64,000 nt of DNA from Eledone cirrhosa. Taxonomy: Eukaryota. The notes below the pieces were generated by a model. It searched no databases, was not told the DNA's origin, and saw only the letters and a list, made by a program, of their open reading frames with translations. Numbering within the stretch: the stretch's first letter is position 1; each line of letters begins with the position of its first letter. The stretch lies in NCBI GenBank assembly GCA_964016885.1, contig OZ024741.1:241552001-241616000 (forward strand), given 5' to 3'. Shown piece by piece: positions 14,271-26,310 of the stretch. The position numbers and the translations under genes are program-made.

Positions 14271-17110
14271 TCATCATCATCTCATCATCTTTGTTTAACG
14301 TCCATTTTCCACGCTAGCATGGGTTAGACGGGAGTTGTCCCGCTTGAGGCAAGGCTGGCCGGGTGACCGTGTCTCGCTCATATAGGACTATCTGGCAGGT
14401 TTTCTATGGCTGGATGCCCTTCCTAACACCAACCACATTTACAGTGTGGAACTGGGAACTTTTTGTCGTGTTACCTACATGGCCACATTACAGCGTGGAC
14501 TGTGTGTTTTTTTTTCTCATGACACCTACACGATCTCGATCTCATTTTCTCGTGCTGTTGGTGGGAGTGGGAGGATAGGGTAGGGGTAGTGGATTGGGGT
14601 GTATATTTGGTAAAGAGGTGCCTACTGACTGTAGGTTTCGCTTTGTACATAGGCAAGGTGGGTCTTCTGTATTGCTGCGTAGCGCCAAAGATCTCGGTCC
14701 AGAGACATTGTCTTAGAGAGATGTAAGTGTGTGAGGTCGGAATTTATCAGATCATCCCAGGTTTTTCTGGGTCTACCTACTCTGTAACTACCATCAATTT
14801 TGATCGCCCTACACTTTTTTATGCAGCTGTCGTCTTTCATGCGCATCACATGACCATACCAAAATAGTCTTCTCTCAAGTAAACAGCATCTGATCCCTCT
14901 TATTCCTAATTTCACACTTAGTTCATTTATACTTTGCCGTTCACGTATATTACTATTACACATCCAACGGAGCATGCATGCTTCGTTCCTTTCCAGTCTA
15001 CGCAGGTCCTCTGCACGTAATGCCCATGACTCACTGCCATGTAGCATTGCTGTTCGTGTACAGGCATCATACAATCTGCCTTTCATTTTTAGAGAGAAAC
15101 CTTTTGTGGCCAACAGCGGTATAAGCTCTCTGAACTTTTTCCATCCCGTTCTGACTCTGTCTACTGTACTTTCAGAACACCCTCCACCACTGCTGATTTC
15201 GTCACCCAGGTAACGGAAAGTGTCTACTATTTCTATAGAACCATCTGGGCAATAGAAGGAGCTAGTATCCTTTGGACACTTGCTACTTATTGCACCCGAG
15301 CATCGGCCACATATAAAGTCTACATTCTTAGATAGTTTACCTGTGATCCCACTACATCTTTTATGTACCCATACTTTGCATTTGGGACATAAAATGGAAT
15401 TTCTGCCTACTCCTTTCCTACACACTGAGCATGGCCATTTCCCTGAAGGCACATGTGCCCTATTTTCCTTTCTACAAACTAGAACTTTAGTCTTAGACAA
15501 GTTAACTTTAAGGCCTTTTGATTCTAGGCCATGCTTCCATGTTTTGAATTCTTCTCTAGTTCAGCCATTGATTCAGCTATGAGCGTTAGATCATCTGCAT
15601 ATAGGAGTTCCCATAGGCAGCCGGTCTTGAACTCCTCTGTTATAGCCTGAAGGGCAATAATAAATAAGAGGGGGCTAAGGACAGAGCCTTGATGAACGCC
15701 AACTTTTACACTAAATTCTTCACAATATTCATTGTTAATTCTAACCTTACTAACTGTTTTATTATACATAGCTTGTATAGCTCTCACAAGCCATTCATCT
15801 ACACCTAGTTTTCTGAGAGCCCACCAGATAATGGAGCGGGGGACTCTGTTAAAAGCTTTCTCCAGGTCTACAAAAGCTAAGTAGAGGGGTTTACCTTTAG
15901 CTAGGTACTTCTCTTGTAGTTGTCGTAGAAGGAAAAGAGCATCTGTGGTACTTTTACCAGACACAAACCCAAACTCCATTTCATCTAGATCAATTCGCTC
16001 TCTGATTAGTTGCGCTATAACTCTTTCTGTGACCTTCATGACCTGGTCAATTAACTTAATGCCTCTATAGTTTCCCCTATCTAGAGCATCCCCTTTACCC
16101 TTGTAGCAGTTAATGATGATGCTGTTACGCCAGTCTTTCGGTATGACCCCATTCTGTATTACTTGGTTAACTATACGGGTGACCATAGTGTGTCCCACCA
16201 TACCAGATGCCTTCAACATCTCAGCAATTATCCCCGAAGCCCCAGCTGCCTTGCCTGTCTTCATATCTTTGATTGCCTTACTTATTGTACTACCTTTTAC
16301 TTGCACCGCTGGTCCTTCTATTGGATCGATTTGGGGCAGACTATCTTTTTCCCATTTATTCTCTTCATTTAATAGTCTCTCATAGTGACACTTCCAGGCT
16401 ATCTTCTTATCAGTATCAGTGAGCGCAAGTACACCATTATCATTACGGACACACTTCTCCCTGACAATATCCCGGTTTTCCTTGACACATTGTCTAGCAA
16501 TCCTGAACACCTCACGTTTTTGGTCCTCACATTGTAGAACATGCTTGAACTTTCTATCCTCTGCTACCTTTTTTGCAAGGTACACTTGTCTCCTAGCTTC
16601 TCTCCTGGCCACTTGATAGTGTTCTCTACTTTCCCCATCCTGCCATACTTTCCAAGCCTGCTTTTTGGCCTTGATTGTCTCTTCCACCTTACTGTTCCAC
16701 CACCAAGTTACTCTCCTCCTGTCAATAGGTCTGCTCCAGCCACAGATTTCATCCGTTGCTTTCAGCAGGTTCACTTTCAAGAATTCCCACTGTTCCTCTA
16801 TATTGCACGTCTCTAATTTCTCTTCCTTATTGTCAAAGGCATCAAGTAATAGGCTTTTAAATTTATCACTGGCTATGGGGTCCTTCAACTTCCATATTCT
16901 TCTCCTCAAGGTAGGCCTCCTCTGTCGTCGAGTACATCTATTTCTGACTATGAGGTCACTAACTACTAGGCTATGTTGGGAGGTGCATTATTCATGGGGG
17001 AGGGATTTAGTGTTTACAACATACATGTTGTCCCGTCTTATAGTAAGGATATAATCTATCTGGCTGGTGTGTTGCCCTGATCTATAGGTGATCAAGTGGT
17101 TTTCACGTTT
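14271..17110 (-). mobile_element. RTE LINE, 5'-truncated, one frameshift within RT
   Basis: ORFs 15524-16909 (461 aa, RT motifs to YADD) and 14622-15500. Confidence 0.96.
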
Positions 17111-17249
17111 TTTATAGGTTGATGGAACTATCATGGGTATCACGGTTGCATCTCAGTGTACTTAATAGGTAATGTTAAATAAACTCCCAGAGTATATACA
17201 TAGTTATTCGCTTCAATACAGCATGCGTAAACAGGTACCTTCAATTGTT

Positions 17250-17365
17250 CCCAAACTCAACTTGAGTTTCGGCCACACTTAATGCAGCAATAGAGTGCAC
17301 AGCACCCTCTGTCTGCATATATTATGCAACAATGCACAATTGATGCATGTAACTTCATCAGTAGG
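17250..17365 (-). ncRNA. Type-I hammerhead ribozyme with long branched stem II, inside PLE-like fragment 17115-17762
   Basis: CCTA-CTGATGA-AGTTACAT..GTGTGGCC-GAAA-CTCAAGTTGAG-TT-TGGG. Confidence 0.7.
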
Positions 17366-17788
17366 TTTCGCCTTATCAATAACCAATCGATCAACAGAAT
17401 TCAACTCCAGTCTGTGCCAGCTATGACTGTATGTGATGGCCAACACAGTAAAATGTTGGTAACTGGAATCTCTACACGTCACAATGCCATCTCCTGATGC
17501 GCTATCGATTTAGAAATTTATGTGATGGCAGGAGATGAAATTCAAATAGTTCCGCTCCCGCCATAAGCACTCAGCCAACGTATCTCAAACAAGTTATGGA
17601 AACATTGGTTATTAGAAAAATTCAGTCTCCAATCGCTGTACAATAGAATGGTAGCATTCGGCTCTAGTCTTCAAGTCCCATCGCGAGAAATAGTGCCTAA
17701 AACCTTTCCGAACATTAAATGCCAACCGGTGATTAGACAGCGATATAGAGTTAGCGCGCTGATATATATATACAAACATATACATACA

Positions 17789-17985
17789 TACTGGATGTCT
17801 CAAAAAGGCTATATTACAAAAGGTTATATTTTGGAAACAAATATAATCATCTGATAACTGACATGTCTGAATATAAAGTTTTATTCTTTTTGTATAACTT
17901 TTATGAATTTTTATAAAGTTATTTACATATTCAGTATTTGTAAAAATTCTAACTAAAATCAGGCGATTCTTTTTCTTACACCCTA
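17789..17985. mobile_element. Tc1/mariner-type MITE remnant
   Basis: TACTGGATGTCTCAAAAA ... TTTTCTTACACCCTATA imperfect TIRs. Confidence 0.4.
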
Positions 17986-18177
17986 TATATATATTTATAT
18001 ATATATATGGTCTAACCCATGCTAGCGTGGAAGATGGACGTTAAACGATGATGATGATGATAATTGTTTCTACTTTAGGCACAAGGCCAGCAATTACCCA
18101 GTGCATTACTGGTACTTTATTTTATCGACCCTGTAAGGATGATGATGATGATAATGATTGATAATATAATGATGATA

Positions 18178-18640
18178 ATATAAGCATGTATTGCACCAAG
18201 AAAAGATTAGGAATTTATTTGCTTTAACATATGTTTCTGTGTCTATTATAATTGTCTACATAATCTAACTACAATATATATTGTTTGCATAATCTATATT
18301 GTCTACATAATATATTGTCTACATAATCTAGCTACAATATATATTGTTTACATAATCTATATTGTCTACATAATCTAGCTACAATATATATTGTTTGCAT
18401 AATCTATATTGTCTACATAATCTAGCTACAATATATATTGTATATCTTTAGCTTGGTGCAATACCTGCTTATATTAATATACTCCGTAATCACTTCTGGA
18501 CCTATATGCCATATTCCCCTACTTGGATATTTATGTTATACGATTCAAAGGATACCGTTGAGTCAAACTCTCTGGTAAGCAGTTTTCTTGTTTAAGTATT
18601 CATTCCTGATATACATAAACAAAACATATCTACCTTCACA
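18178..18640. mobile_element. PLE-like fold-back with internal 47-bp minisatellite and tail
   Basis: Arms ATATAAGCATGTATTGCACCAAG and CTTGGTGCAATACCTGCTTATAT; minus-strand GAAA-CATATG-TT half-motif; bulged hairpin 18481-18563. Confidence 0.55.
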
Positions 18641-18655
18641 CACACACAAGCACAC

Positions 18656-18712
<57 letters not shown>

Positions 18713-18824
18713 CATACATACATATATAATTAGACAATGAGCTACACAAATACACCGTTCACTGTACAAGAAGATAAGAATTTATTGCATAATATTATAA
18801 ATAAATATATATATATATATATAT

Positions 18825-19091
18825 TTGTGTTTTGCGAGGTTTTTGATATGAAATCGTGTGTCGAAACAATGGCGATGTTGCAGATGTGCAACGAAAGAAT
18901 TTTGTTAGACTACATATATGTGTTTATATCTATATTATATTTGTATTTTTAACCGTTGGTCAGTCAATGGTAAACATTGAGGACCGAATGAATTAACTGA
19001 TATAAAAGATACAGAAGTGAACACCAACCAAACAGTGAGTGTGTTCTGTTATTAATTCTGGCAATATTATTACAACAATATGACCCTCCCC

Positions 19092-19092
<1 letters not shown>
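18825..19092 (+). mobile_element. PLE pLTR-like 3' end with degenerate minimal hammerhead (about 18865-18905)
   Basis: AACA-ATGGCGA-T GTTGCA GATG TGCAAC-GAAA-GAAT-TT-TGTT; terminus ATGACCCTCCC shared with 30920-30975 and 56770. Confidence 0.5.
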
Positions 19093-19123
<31 letters not shown>

Positions 19124-19127
<4 letters not shown>

Positions 19128-19373
19128 TGGCTGCCAACTCGTTTTCGAGTACATCCACTACTTTATATCCATGTAGGAGAACCCCTACTGATGCGCTGAG
19201 CGAGTGTGACTTTTTAGTCCAGCCAGCGACTTGAAAACTCTGGTACAAACACTACACTTGTGACAATTATTGACACCTAGTGCTGGGCCCATGGTACCAT
19301 GTGACGACAAGTGCAGAGAGATCTCCAGATATAAAGCAATGCCTGTGCCATGAAGCTCTTATAGTGAGCAAAG
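19124..19373 (-). mobile_element. 3' end of RTE-like LINE encoding a C-terminal C2H2 finger
   Basis: CSVCTRVFKSLAGLKSHTRSAH*; near-identical to 21513-21762. Confidence 0.75.
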
Positions 19374-19821
19374 TATATATATATATATATATATTTCCAT
19401 TATATATATATATATATACTTACATACATACACACATGCTCTCAAAGACATACACTGTACTTCTGTAATTATCAAACATACAGCTGTGAAAAGCTTAAAA
19501 TGTAATCATTTTTACCTTCCAGCCCTGAATAAATAATAATACAAATTTCATTCCAATATCTCTATTTTTCAGATATGATATAAAATGTCTTTTTACATGC
19601 AATTTGTTTCACTCGATCAATTTTCACCCTTAATTTTGAAGTATTTTCCTTTAAATTTGATTGATTGAAAATTAACTTTGCATGGTTTTGCATCAGTGAA
19701 AATTTGAAATGTTCTCACTAATATATCAAATTCTTTCAGTGTTGCACAGAAATTAAAAGCTATCTAATAAAAGACTACTTACCTGACTGACTATGCATTG
19801 AGGGCTAAACAAACATTTGTC

Positions 19822-19890
<69 letters not shown>

Positions 19891-19927
19891 CATATACATA
19901 TACATATACATATATATATATACATAG

Positions 19928-19991
<64 letters not shown>

Positions 19992-20011
19992 TATTATATA
20001 TATATATATCT

Positions 20012-20061
<50 letters not shown>

Positions 20062-20080
20062 GTATATATGTATATATGTA

Positions 20081-20537
20081 TCATCATCATCATCATTATC
20101 ATCATCGTTTAACGTCCGTGTTCCACGCTTGCATGGCTTTGGACGGCGGTTTTCCCACTTGAGGCAAGAGTGGTAATCTTGCTCGCATAGGACTGTCTGG
20201 CGGGTTTTCTACAGTTGGATGCCCTTCCTAACACCAACCACATTTACAGTGTGGGGCTGGGAGGTTTTTACTGTGTTGCCTACACGGCCACATTACAGAG
20301 TGGACTGTGTGTTTTTTGACGTGACACCTACACGATCTCATTTGTTTCGGCCTGGATGTTGTGGCACCAACATAACTTTACATTGAAAGGGGCGGTGTGG
20401 ATGGGGTGGGGGTGGTGGGACGGGGGTGTATTTTGTTAGAGATGCCTACTGACTGTAGTAGGTTTTACTTTGTATTTAGGTAAGGCGGGTCTTCCCTATT
20501 ACTGAGTACCGCCAAAGGTCTCGGTCCAGTGACATTG

Positions 20538-20570
<33 letters not shown>

Positions 20571-21068
20571 ATATATACATATACATATACATATATATAT
20601 ATATATACATAGATATATACATATATATATATATACATTTATATATATATATATATATAATAAAACCTAATATATATAGTAAAACCTACTCCAGCCAGTA
20701 GGCATCTCTAACAAAATACACCCCCGTCCCACCACCCCCACCTCCATCCACACCACCCCATTCTATGTAAAGTTATGTTGGTGCCGCGCCATCCAGGCCG
20801 AAACAAATGAGATCGTGTAGGTGTCACGACAAAAAAACACACTGTCCACGCTGTAATGTGGCCGTGTAGGCAACACGGTAAAAACCTCCCAGACCCACAC
20901 TGTAAATGTGGTTGGTGTTAGGAAGGGCATCCAACTGTAGAAAACCAGCCAGACAGTCCTATGCGAGCAAGACAATCACTCTTGCCTCAAGTGGGACTAC
21001 CCCCGTCCAAACCCATGCAAGCGTGGAACACGGACGTTAAACGTTGATGATGATGATGATGATGATGA
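20081..21068. mobile_element. Two RTE 3' ends in inverted orientation (20081-20538 minus, 20680-21068 plus)
   Basis: Both match the 3' UTR of 9412-12263; separated by (TA)n. Confidence 0.88.
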
Positions 21069-21165
21069 TAATATATATATATATAATATATATATATATA
21101 TATCTACATATATAATATATATATATATCTTTATATATATGTATATATCTATATATATATATATG

Positions 21166-21239
<74 letters not shown>

Positions 21240-21254
21240 TACATGTATATATAT

Positions 21255-21470
21255 AAAAAAAAAATTTCGCTCTACATGGCTGAATGCAGTATCGGTAATC
21301 TGAGTTTTTCGAATATTAATAATAACATTTGATTCAGTTCTGTTCACATGCCAACACAAGAGCAAAAATGGAGGGTTCATTCTACTGCCATTGGCTTTAA
21401 AAATGAGGCTTGTTTGCATAATTGCAAATGAATCGAATGTTATTATTAATATTCGAAAAACTCAGATTAC
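21255..21470. mobile_element. Fold-back fragment of a dispersed repeat (also at 50730-50855 plus 51450-51520, split by an RTE)
   Basis: Arms GTAATCTGAGTTTTTCGAATATTAATAATAACATT and its reverse complement. Confidence 0.6.
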
Positions 21471-21512
21471 GGTTATTATATATATATACATATACACACA
21501 TATATATATATA

Positions 21513-22120
21513 TATGGTGGCTGCCAACTCGTTTTCGAGTACGGCCACTACTTTATATCCATGTAGGAGAACCCCTACTGTTGTGCTAAATGAGTGTGAC
21601 TTTTTAGTCCAGCCAGCGACTTGAAAACTCTGGTACAAACACTACACTTGTGACAATTATTGACACATAGTGCTAGGCCCATGGTACCATGTGAGGACAA
21701 GTGCAGAGAGATCTCCAGATATAAAGCTATGCCTGTGCCGTGAAGCTCTTATAGTGAGCAAAGGCACTATACAAAGCCAGTCCCACTCTCTTAACCAAGA
21801 TGATATTTACCAAAAAGAAGAACAAGTCAACATCATTGGATACCATCAGGGTTGCAGGTGTTATATCAGAGTTTTCCTTCTCCTAGAATTCTGCCTTGAC
21901 AAAGGCTAAGGGGTCATCTCTCCCAGTGATTTTGGATGGCCATTGACTCTTAAGAGCTCCTTTGCCCTTTGACAGGTTTTGTTTTTAGTCCTGCAGGATG
22001 TCCAAAGTCACCCTCCTCACCAAGAGACCTTGGTGGGGTTGCCAGTTTAGTCACCAACGACCCGACCATGAGACAGGTTGTACTGGGATACATGTTACCA
22101 GTAGCACAAGCTGGGACCTG

Positions 22121-22122
<2 letters not shown>
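21513..22122 (-). mobile_element. ~610-bp bipartite non-autonomous RTE-like element
   Basis: 5' UTR homologous to 3700-3940 joined to the C2H2-coding 3' end. Confidence 0.7.
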
Positions 22123-22192
<70 letters not shown>

Positions 22193-22223
22193 ATATATAT
22201 TATATATATATATATTATATATA

Positions 22224-22290
<67 letters not shown>

Positions 22291-22518
22291 CCCGGCATGG
22301 GAACTCTAATTGTTACCCACACTGTAAATGTGGTTGGTGTTAGGAAGGGCATCCAACTGTAGAAAACCTGCCAGACAGTCCTATGCGAGCAAGACAATCA
22401 CTCTTGCCTCAAGTGGGAAAACCCCCATCCAAACCCATGCAAGCGTGGAACACGGACGTTAAACGTTGATGATGATGATGATGATATATATTATATATAT
22501 GCACATATATATATATAT

Positions 22519-22599
<81 letters not shown>

Positions 22600-22668
22600 T
22601 ATGAAGAGAGAAGAAACATTTAGATATAATTAGTAATAAAATGTATCATACCTAAACTGTTCCTAAAT

Positions 22669-22756
22669 TCCTCGACTACGTAGTTTCGTGGCATAAACAA
22701 AAACAATATATCAAAGATATAGAGTCCTTGCGAGGTCTGCCGACTTATCAAGAGGA
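22669..22756 (-). ncRNA. Type-I hammerhead ribozyme, U3-A8 core variant (copy 1)
   Basis: TCCTC-TTGATAA-GTCGGCA..TGCCAC-GAAA-CTACGTAG-TC-GAGGA. Confidence 0.8.
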
Positions 22757-23259
22757 TACCTCATTTTACTAGTCTCAAGAACGCGTCTACACGACGTGAG
22801 AAAGAATCCCAAAAGGCGGAGGGGGAGATAGTCACGCGATATAACGGTCGAGAAACAGAGCTAAGCCTCCTATAACCACGAAGAAAATACCACGGAGGCG
22901 GAGGGGGTATTCATATCGAGGCCGTAGAAGAGGTAGTGAAGAAGGCGAGAAGTATGAGTAATGGAAGCCTTCCAACTGTCCCCACACTTCAAAGATTGCT
23001 CGACCAGAGGGAGTTATTAATATATTTAGAAACACACAGATACATGCGGACACACACATATATACATGAATGCATCCGCACCCAACTGTGAGTTAAGGGT
23101 GCCAACTTCACCGATGTTGCTCAATGAATGACTGGGACAGACCAATTCAGTTTGAACCAGACTGAACCAGTATCAGAGTTAAAAATACATTATGAAGAGA
23201 GAAGAAACATTTAGATATAATTAGTAATAAAATGTATCATACCTAAACTGTTCCTAAAT

Positions 23260-23347
23260 TCCTCGACTACGTAGTTTCGTGGCATAAACAAAAACAATAT
23301 ATCAAAGATATAGAGTCCTTGCGAGGTCTGCCGACTTATCAAGAGGA
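23260..23347 (-). ncRNA. Type-I hammerhead ribozyme, U3-A8 core variant (copy 2)
   Basis: Identical to copy 1. Confidence 0.8.
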
Positions 23348-23685
23348 TACCTCATTTTACTAGTCTCAAGAACGCGTCTACACGACGTGAGAAAGAATCC
23401 CAAAAGGCGGAGGGGGAGATAGTCACGCGATATAACGGTCGAGCAATCTTTGAAGTGTGGGGACAGCTGGAAGGCTTCCATTACTCATACTTCTCGCCTT
23501 CTTCACTACCTCTTCTACGGCCTCGATATGAATACCCCCTCCGCCTCCGTGGTATTTTCTTCGTGGTTATAGGAGGCTTAGCTCTGTTTCTCGACCGTTA
23601 TATCGCGTGACTATCTCCCCCTCCGCCTTTTGGGATTCTTTCTCACGTCGTGTAGACGCGTTCTTGAGACTAGTAAAATGAGGTA

Positions 23686-23773
23686 TCCTCTTGATAAGTC
23701 GGCAGACCTCGCAAGGACTCTATATCTTTGATATATTGTTTTTGTTTATGCCACGAAACTACGTAGTCGAGGA
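23686..23773 (+). ncRNA. Type-I hammerhead ribozyme, U3-A8 core variant (copy 3, inverted arm)
   Basis: Identical to copy 1, on the plus strand. Confidence 0.8.
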
Positions 23774-24000
23774 ATTTAGGAACAGTTTAGGTATGATACA
23801 TTTTATTACTAATTATATCTAAATGTTTCTTCTCTCTTCATAATGTATTTTTAACTCTGATACTGGTTCAGTCTGGTTCAAACTGAATTGGTCTGTCCCA
23901 GTCATTCATTGAGCAACATCGGTGAAGTTGGCACCCTTAACTCACAGTTGGGTGCGGATGCATTCATGTATATATGTGTGTGTCCGCATGTATCTGTGTG

Positions 24001-24075
<75 letters not shown>

Positions 24076-24454
24076 CATATATACATATATGATGATGATG
24101 ATGATATATATATATATAACTTAGTGGTTTAAATTCACTGAAGAGTATGCTTAACTGTAAAAATTTAGTTATGAGGAAATATTCCAATTTAACACACACA
24201 CACACATATACACATACACACACACATATACACATATACATACATCACATGCATAATCACAGAAGCTAATGATATTATTTTTTTTCAATAGTATCATTGG
24301 CTTCTGTTTTTAATCATTACATATGCATATCCGGAAGCTTCCTAGCCTAAGACAGTAAGAATTCCTATTATATACAGAGTGGAATATAGTAGTAATAAAA
24401 AATACAAAGACCAAAATCCAGAGAGGACCTGATAAGTGTTGTATATATATATAT

Positions 24455-25508
24455 ATCATCATCATCATCATCATCATCACCGTTTTACGTCCGTTCTTCC
24501 ACGCTAGCATGGGTTAGACGAGTTGTCCTGTTGTGGGCAGTGTCTGGTCGGCTGACCATGCCTTGCTCATACAGGAACTGATTTGGCTTGATTTCTACAG
24601 CTGGATTCCCTTCCTAACACCAACCTCATTTACAGTGAGTGCTGGGTACTTTTTCGTGGCGCCTACACGTCCACTTTACAGTGTGGGCTGGGTGCTTTTT
24701 TGCCGTGGCACCTCCACGACCACCTTGCAGTGGGGGGGTGTGGAGGCATATTGTCTATATGCTTCAGCTTGTACCCATGGGAGGTTGGGTACTCTGTATT
24801 ACTGTGTGACGCCAGAGGTCACGGTCGTGTGTCATCGCCTTTGAGAGGTGTAATTGGGTAAGGTCGGCTTTTATCACCTCATCCCAGGTCATCTTGGGTC
24901 TCCCCATTCCGCGGTTTCCATCGACTTCTAGTGCTCTGCACCTTCTTATGCAGCTGTCATCCTTCATACGCATCACATGTCCATACCAACGCAACCGCCT
25001 CTCCTGCACACAGCATTTGATTCCTCTTATGCCCAGTCTCTCTCTCAATTCATTTATGCTTTGTCGTTCGCGTATATTACTATTACACATCCATCGGAGC
25101 ATGCAGGCTTCGTTTCTCTCTAATCTACGTAAGTCTTCCACCTTCAGCGCCCAGGTCTCACTACCATGCAACATCGCTGTTCGGATACCCATATCATACA
25201 GTCTGCCTTTCATTCTGAGGGAGAAGCCTTTTGCAGCTAGCAGTGGTAGTAGTTCCCTAAACTTCTTCCATCCCGTTCTTACCCTAGTTATTGTACTTTC
25301 TGAACACCCACCTCCGCTGCTAATTCGGTCACCTAGGTAGCAGAAGCTGTCTACTGTATCTACAGAGCGCTCCCAGAGATTGGTGGTACTTGTTTCCTGT
25401 GGCTGTTTGCTGCTTGCTGTCCCAGCACAGCTGCTGCATGTGAAGCCTACATTCTTAATTAAGCTTCCTGAGATCTCGCTACATCTCTTGTGTACCCATT
25501 GTTTGCAT
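24455..25508 (-). mobile_element. 5'-truncated RTE LINE (second subfamily)
   Basis: ORF 24764-25213 (LHGSETW, RLRWYGHVMRM, GRPK); (GAT)n tail. Confidence 0.92.
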
Positions 25509-25688
25509 ATATATACTTAACATTTAATATTTTACCATACTATTTCATATATATATATATATATGTAGGAGGTGAGTTTTATTGTAGCACAATAAAGCAA
25601 TGCAAATATCGGATAAGTAGCACTCTACAGTTTGTAGGACTGGAGTATAAATAATATAAGAGCAAAAGATGGTTAAAGGAGTTCCAAG

Positions 25689-25759
25689 TATTTTATTATG
25701 TGCATTTCAAAAACAAATATCATCATGAGATGATATCTGCGTTTTCATCAGATAAAATA
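25689..25759 (-). ncRNA. Type-I hammerhead ribozyme in PLE-like fold-back 25565-25867 (family D)
   Basis: TATTTTAT-CTGATGA-AAACGCAGATATCATC..GATGATATTTGTTTTT-GAAA-TGCACA-TA-ATAAAATA; other arm has palindromic TGCGCA. Confidence 0.8.
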
Positions 25760-25920
25760 GAGATACATGACATGAAGGTTAAAAAACACTTGTGATGATA
25801 TTTGTTTTTGAAATGCGCATAATAAAATACTTGGAACTCTTTTAACCATCTTTTGATCTTATATTATATATATATATATATATAAATAAACACGGGTGTG
25901 TATGATTGTGTATAGAAGAT

Positions 25921-26310
25921 TATATTAATAAAAGGAATTCCAACTTTGTCTGATTTACTTGTTTTATTTACAATCCTTTAAAATTATAATGATATTATAA
26001 TGAAATAGTATGGTAGAATATTAAATGCTAACTGTTAATTGAACAAGTACTTTCATGCTTTCGCAATCTTCAGGTTCATATTCAGTGGTGACAGTCAAGT
26101 TTGCAATTTTCAACAGTTGAAAATTGCAAACTTGACTGTCACCACAGAATATGAACCTGAAGATGGCGAAAGCATGAAAGTATTTGTTCAATTAACACTT
26201 AACATTTAATATTCTACCATACTATTTCATTATAATATCATTATAATTTTAAAGGATTGTAAATAAAACGAATAAATCAGACAAAGCTGGAATTCCTTTT
26301 ATTAATATAT
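25921..26310. mobile_element. ~390-bp near-perfect palindrome (PLE-like pLTR, family E) with a minimal hammerhead in each arm (26040-26078 minus, 26152-26190 plus)
   Basis: Centre near 26115; TGAAC-CTGAAGA-TTGC GAAA GCAT-GAAA-GTAC-TT-GTTCA. Confidence 0.8.

Larger units (their letters stand above)
22594..24007. mobile_element. Young PLE-pLTR/retrozyme-like insertion: 591-bp tandem unit plus inverted arm, within (TA)n
   Basis: 22594-22852 repeated at +591; 23437-24007 is the reverse complement of the unit; near-identical copies. Confidence 0.85.

Noticed and set aside
22035-22122. HDV-like ribozyme at the RTE 5' end (CCAGT..GG..CTAA-ACTGG)
   Set aside because: P2 and J4/2-like parts are visible but I could not assign P1 or P3; needs a descriptor search
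23850-23915. Twister ribozyme (TAACTC start)
   Set aside because: Lacks twister loop and pseudoknot pairings; fits the bulged tail hairpin instead
24130-24190. CTGAAGA..GAAA-TAT-TC hammerhead-like motif
   Set aside because: Stems I and II pair too poorly to call; possibly a decayed copy
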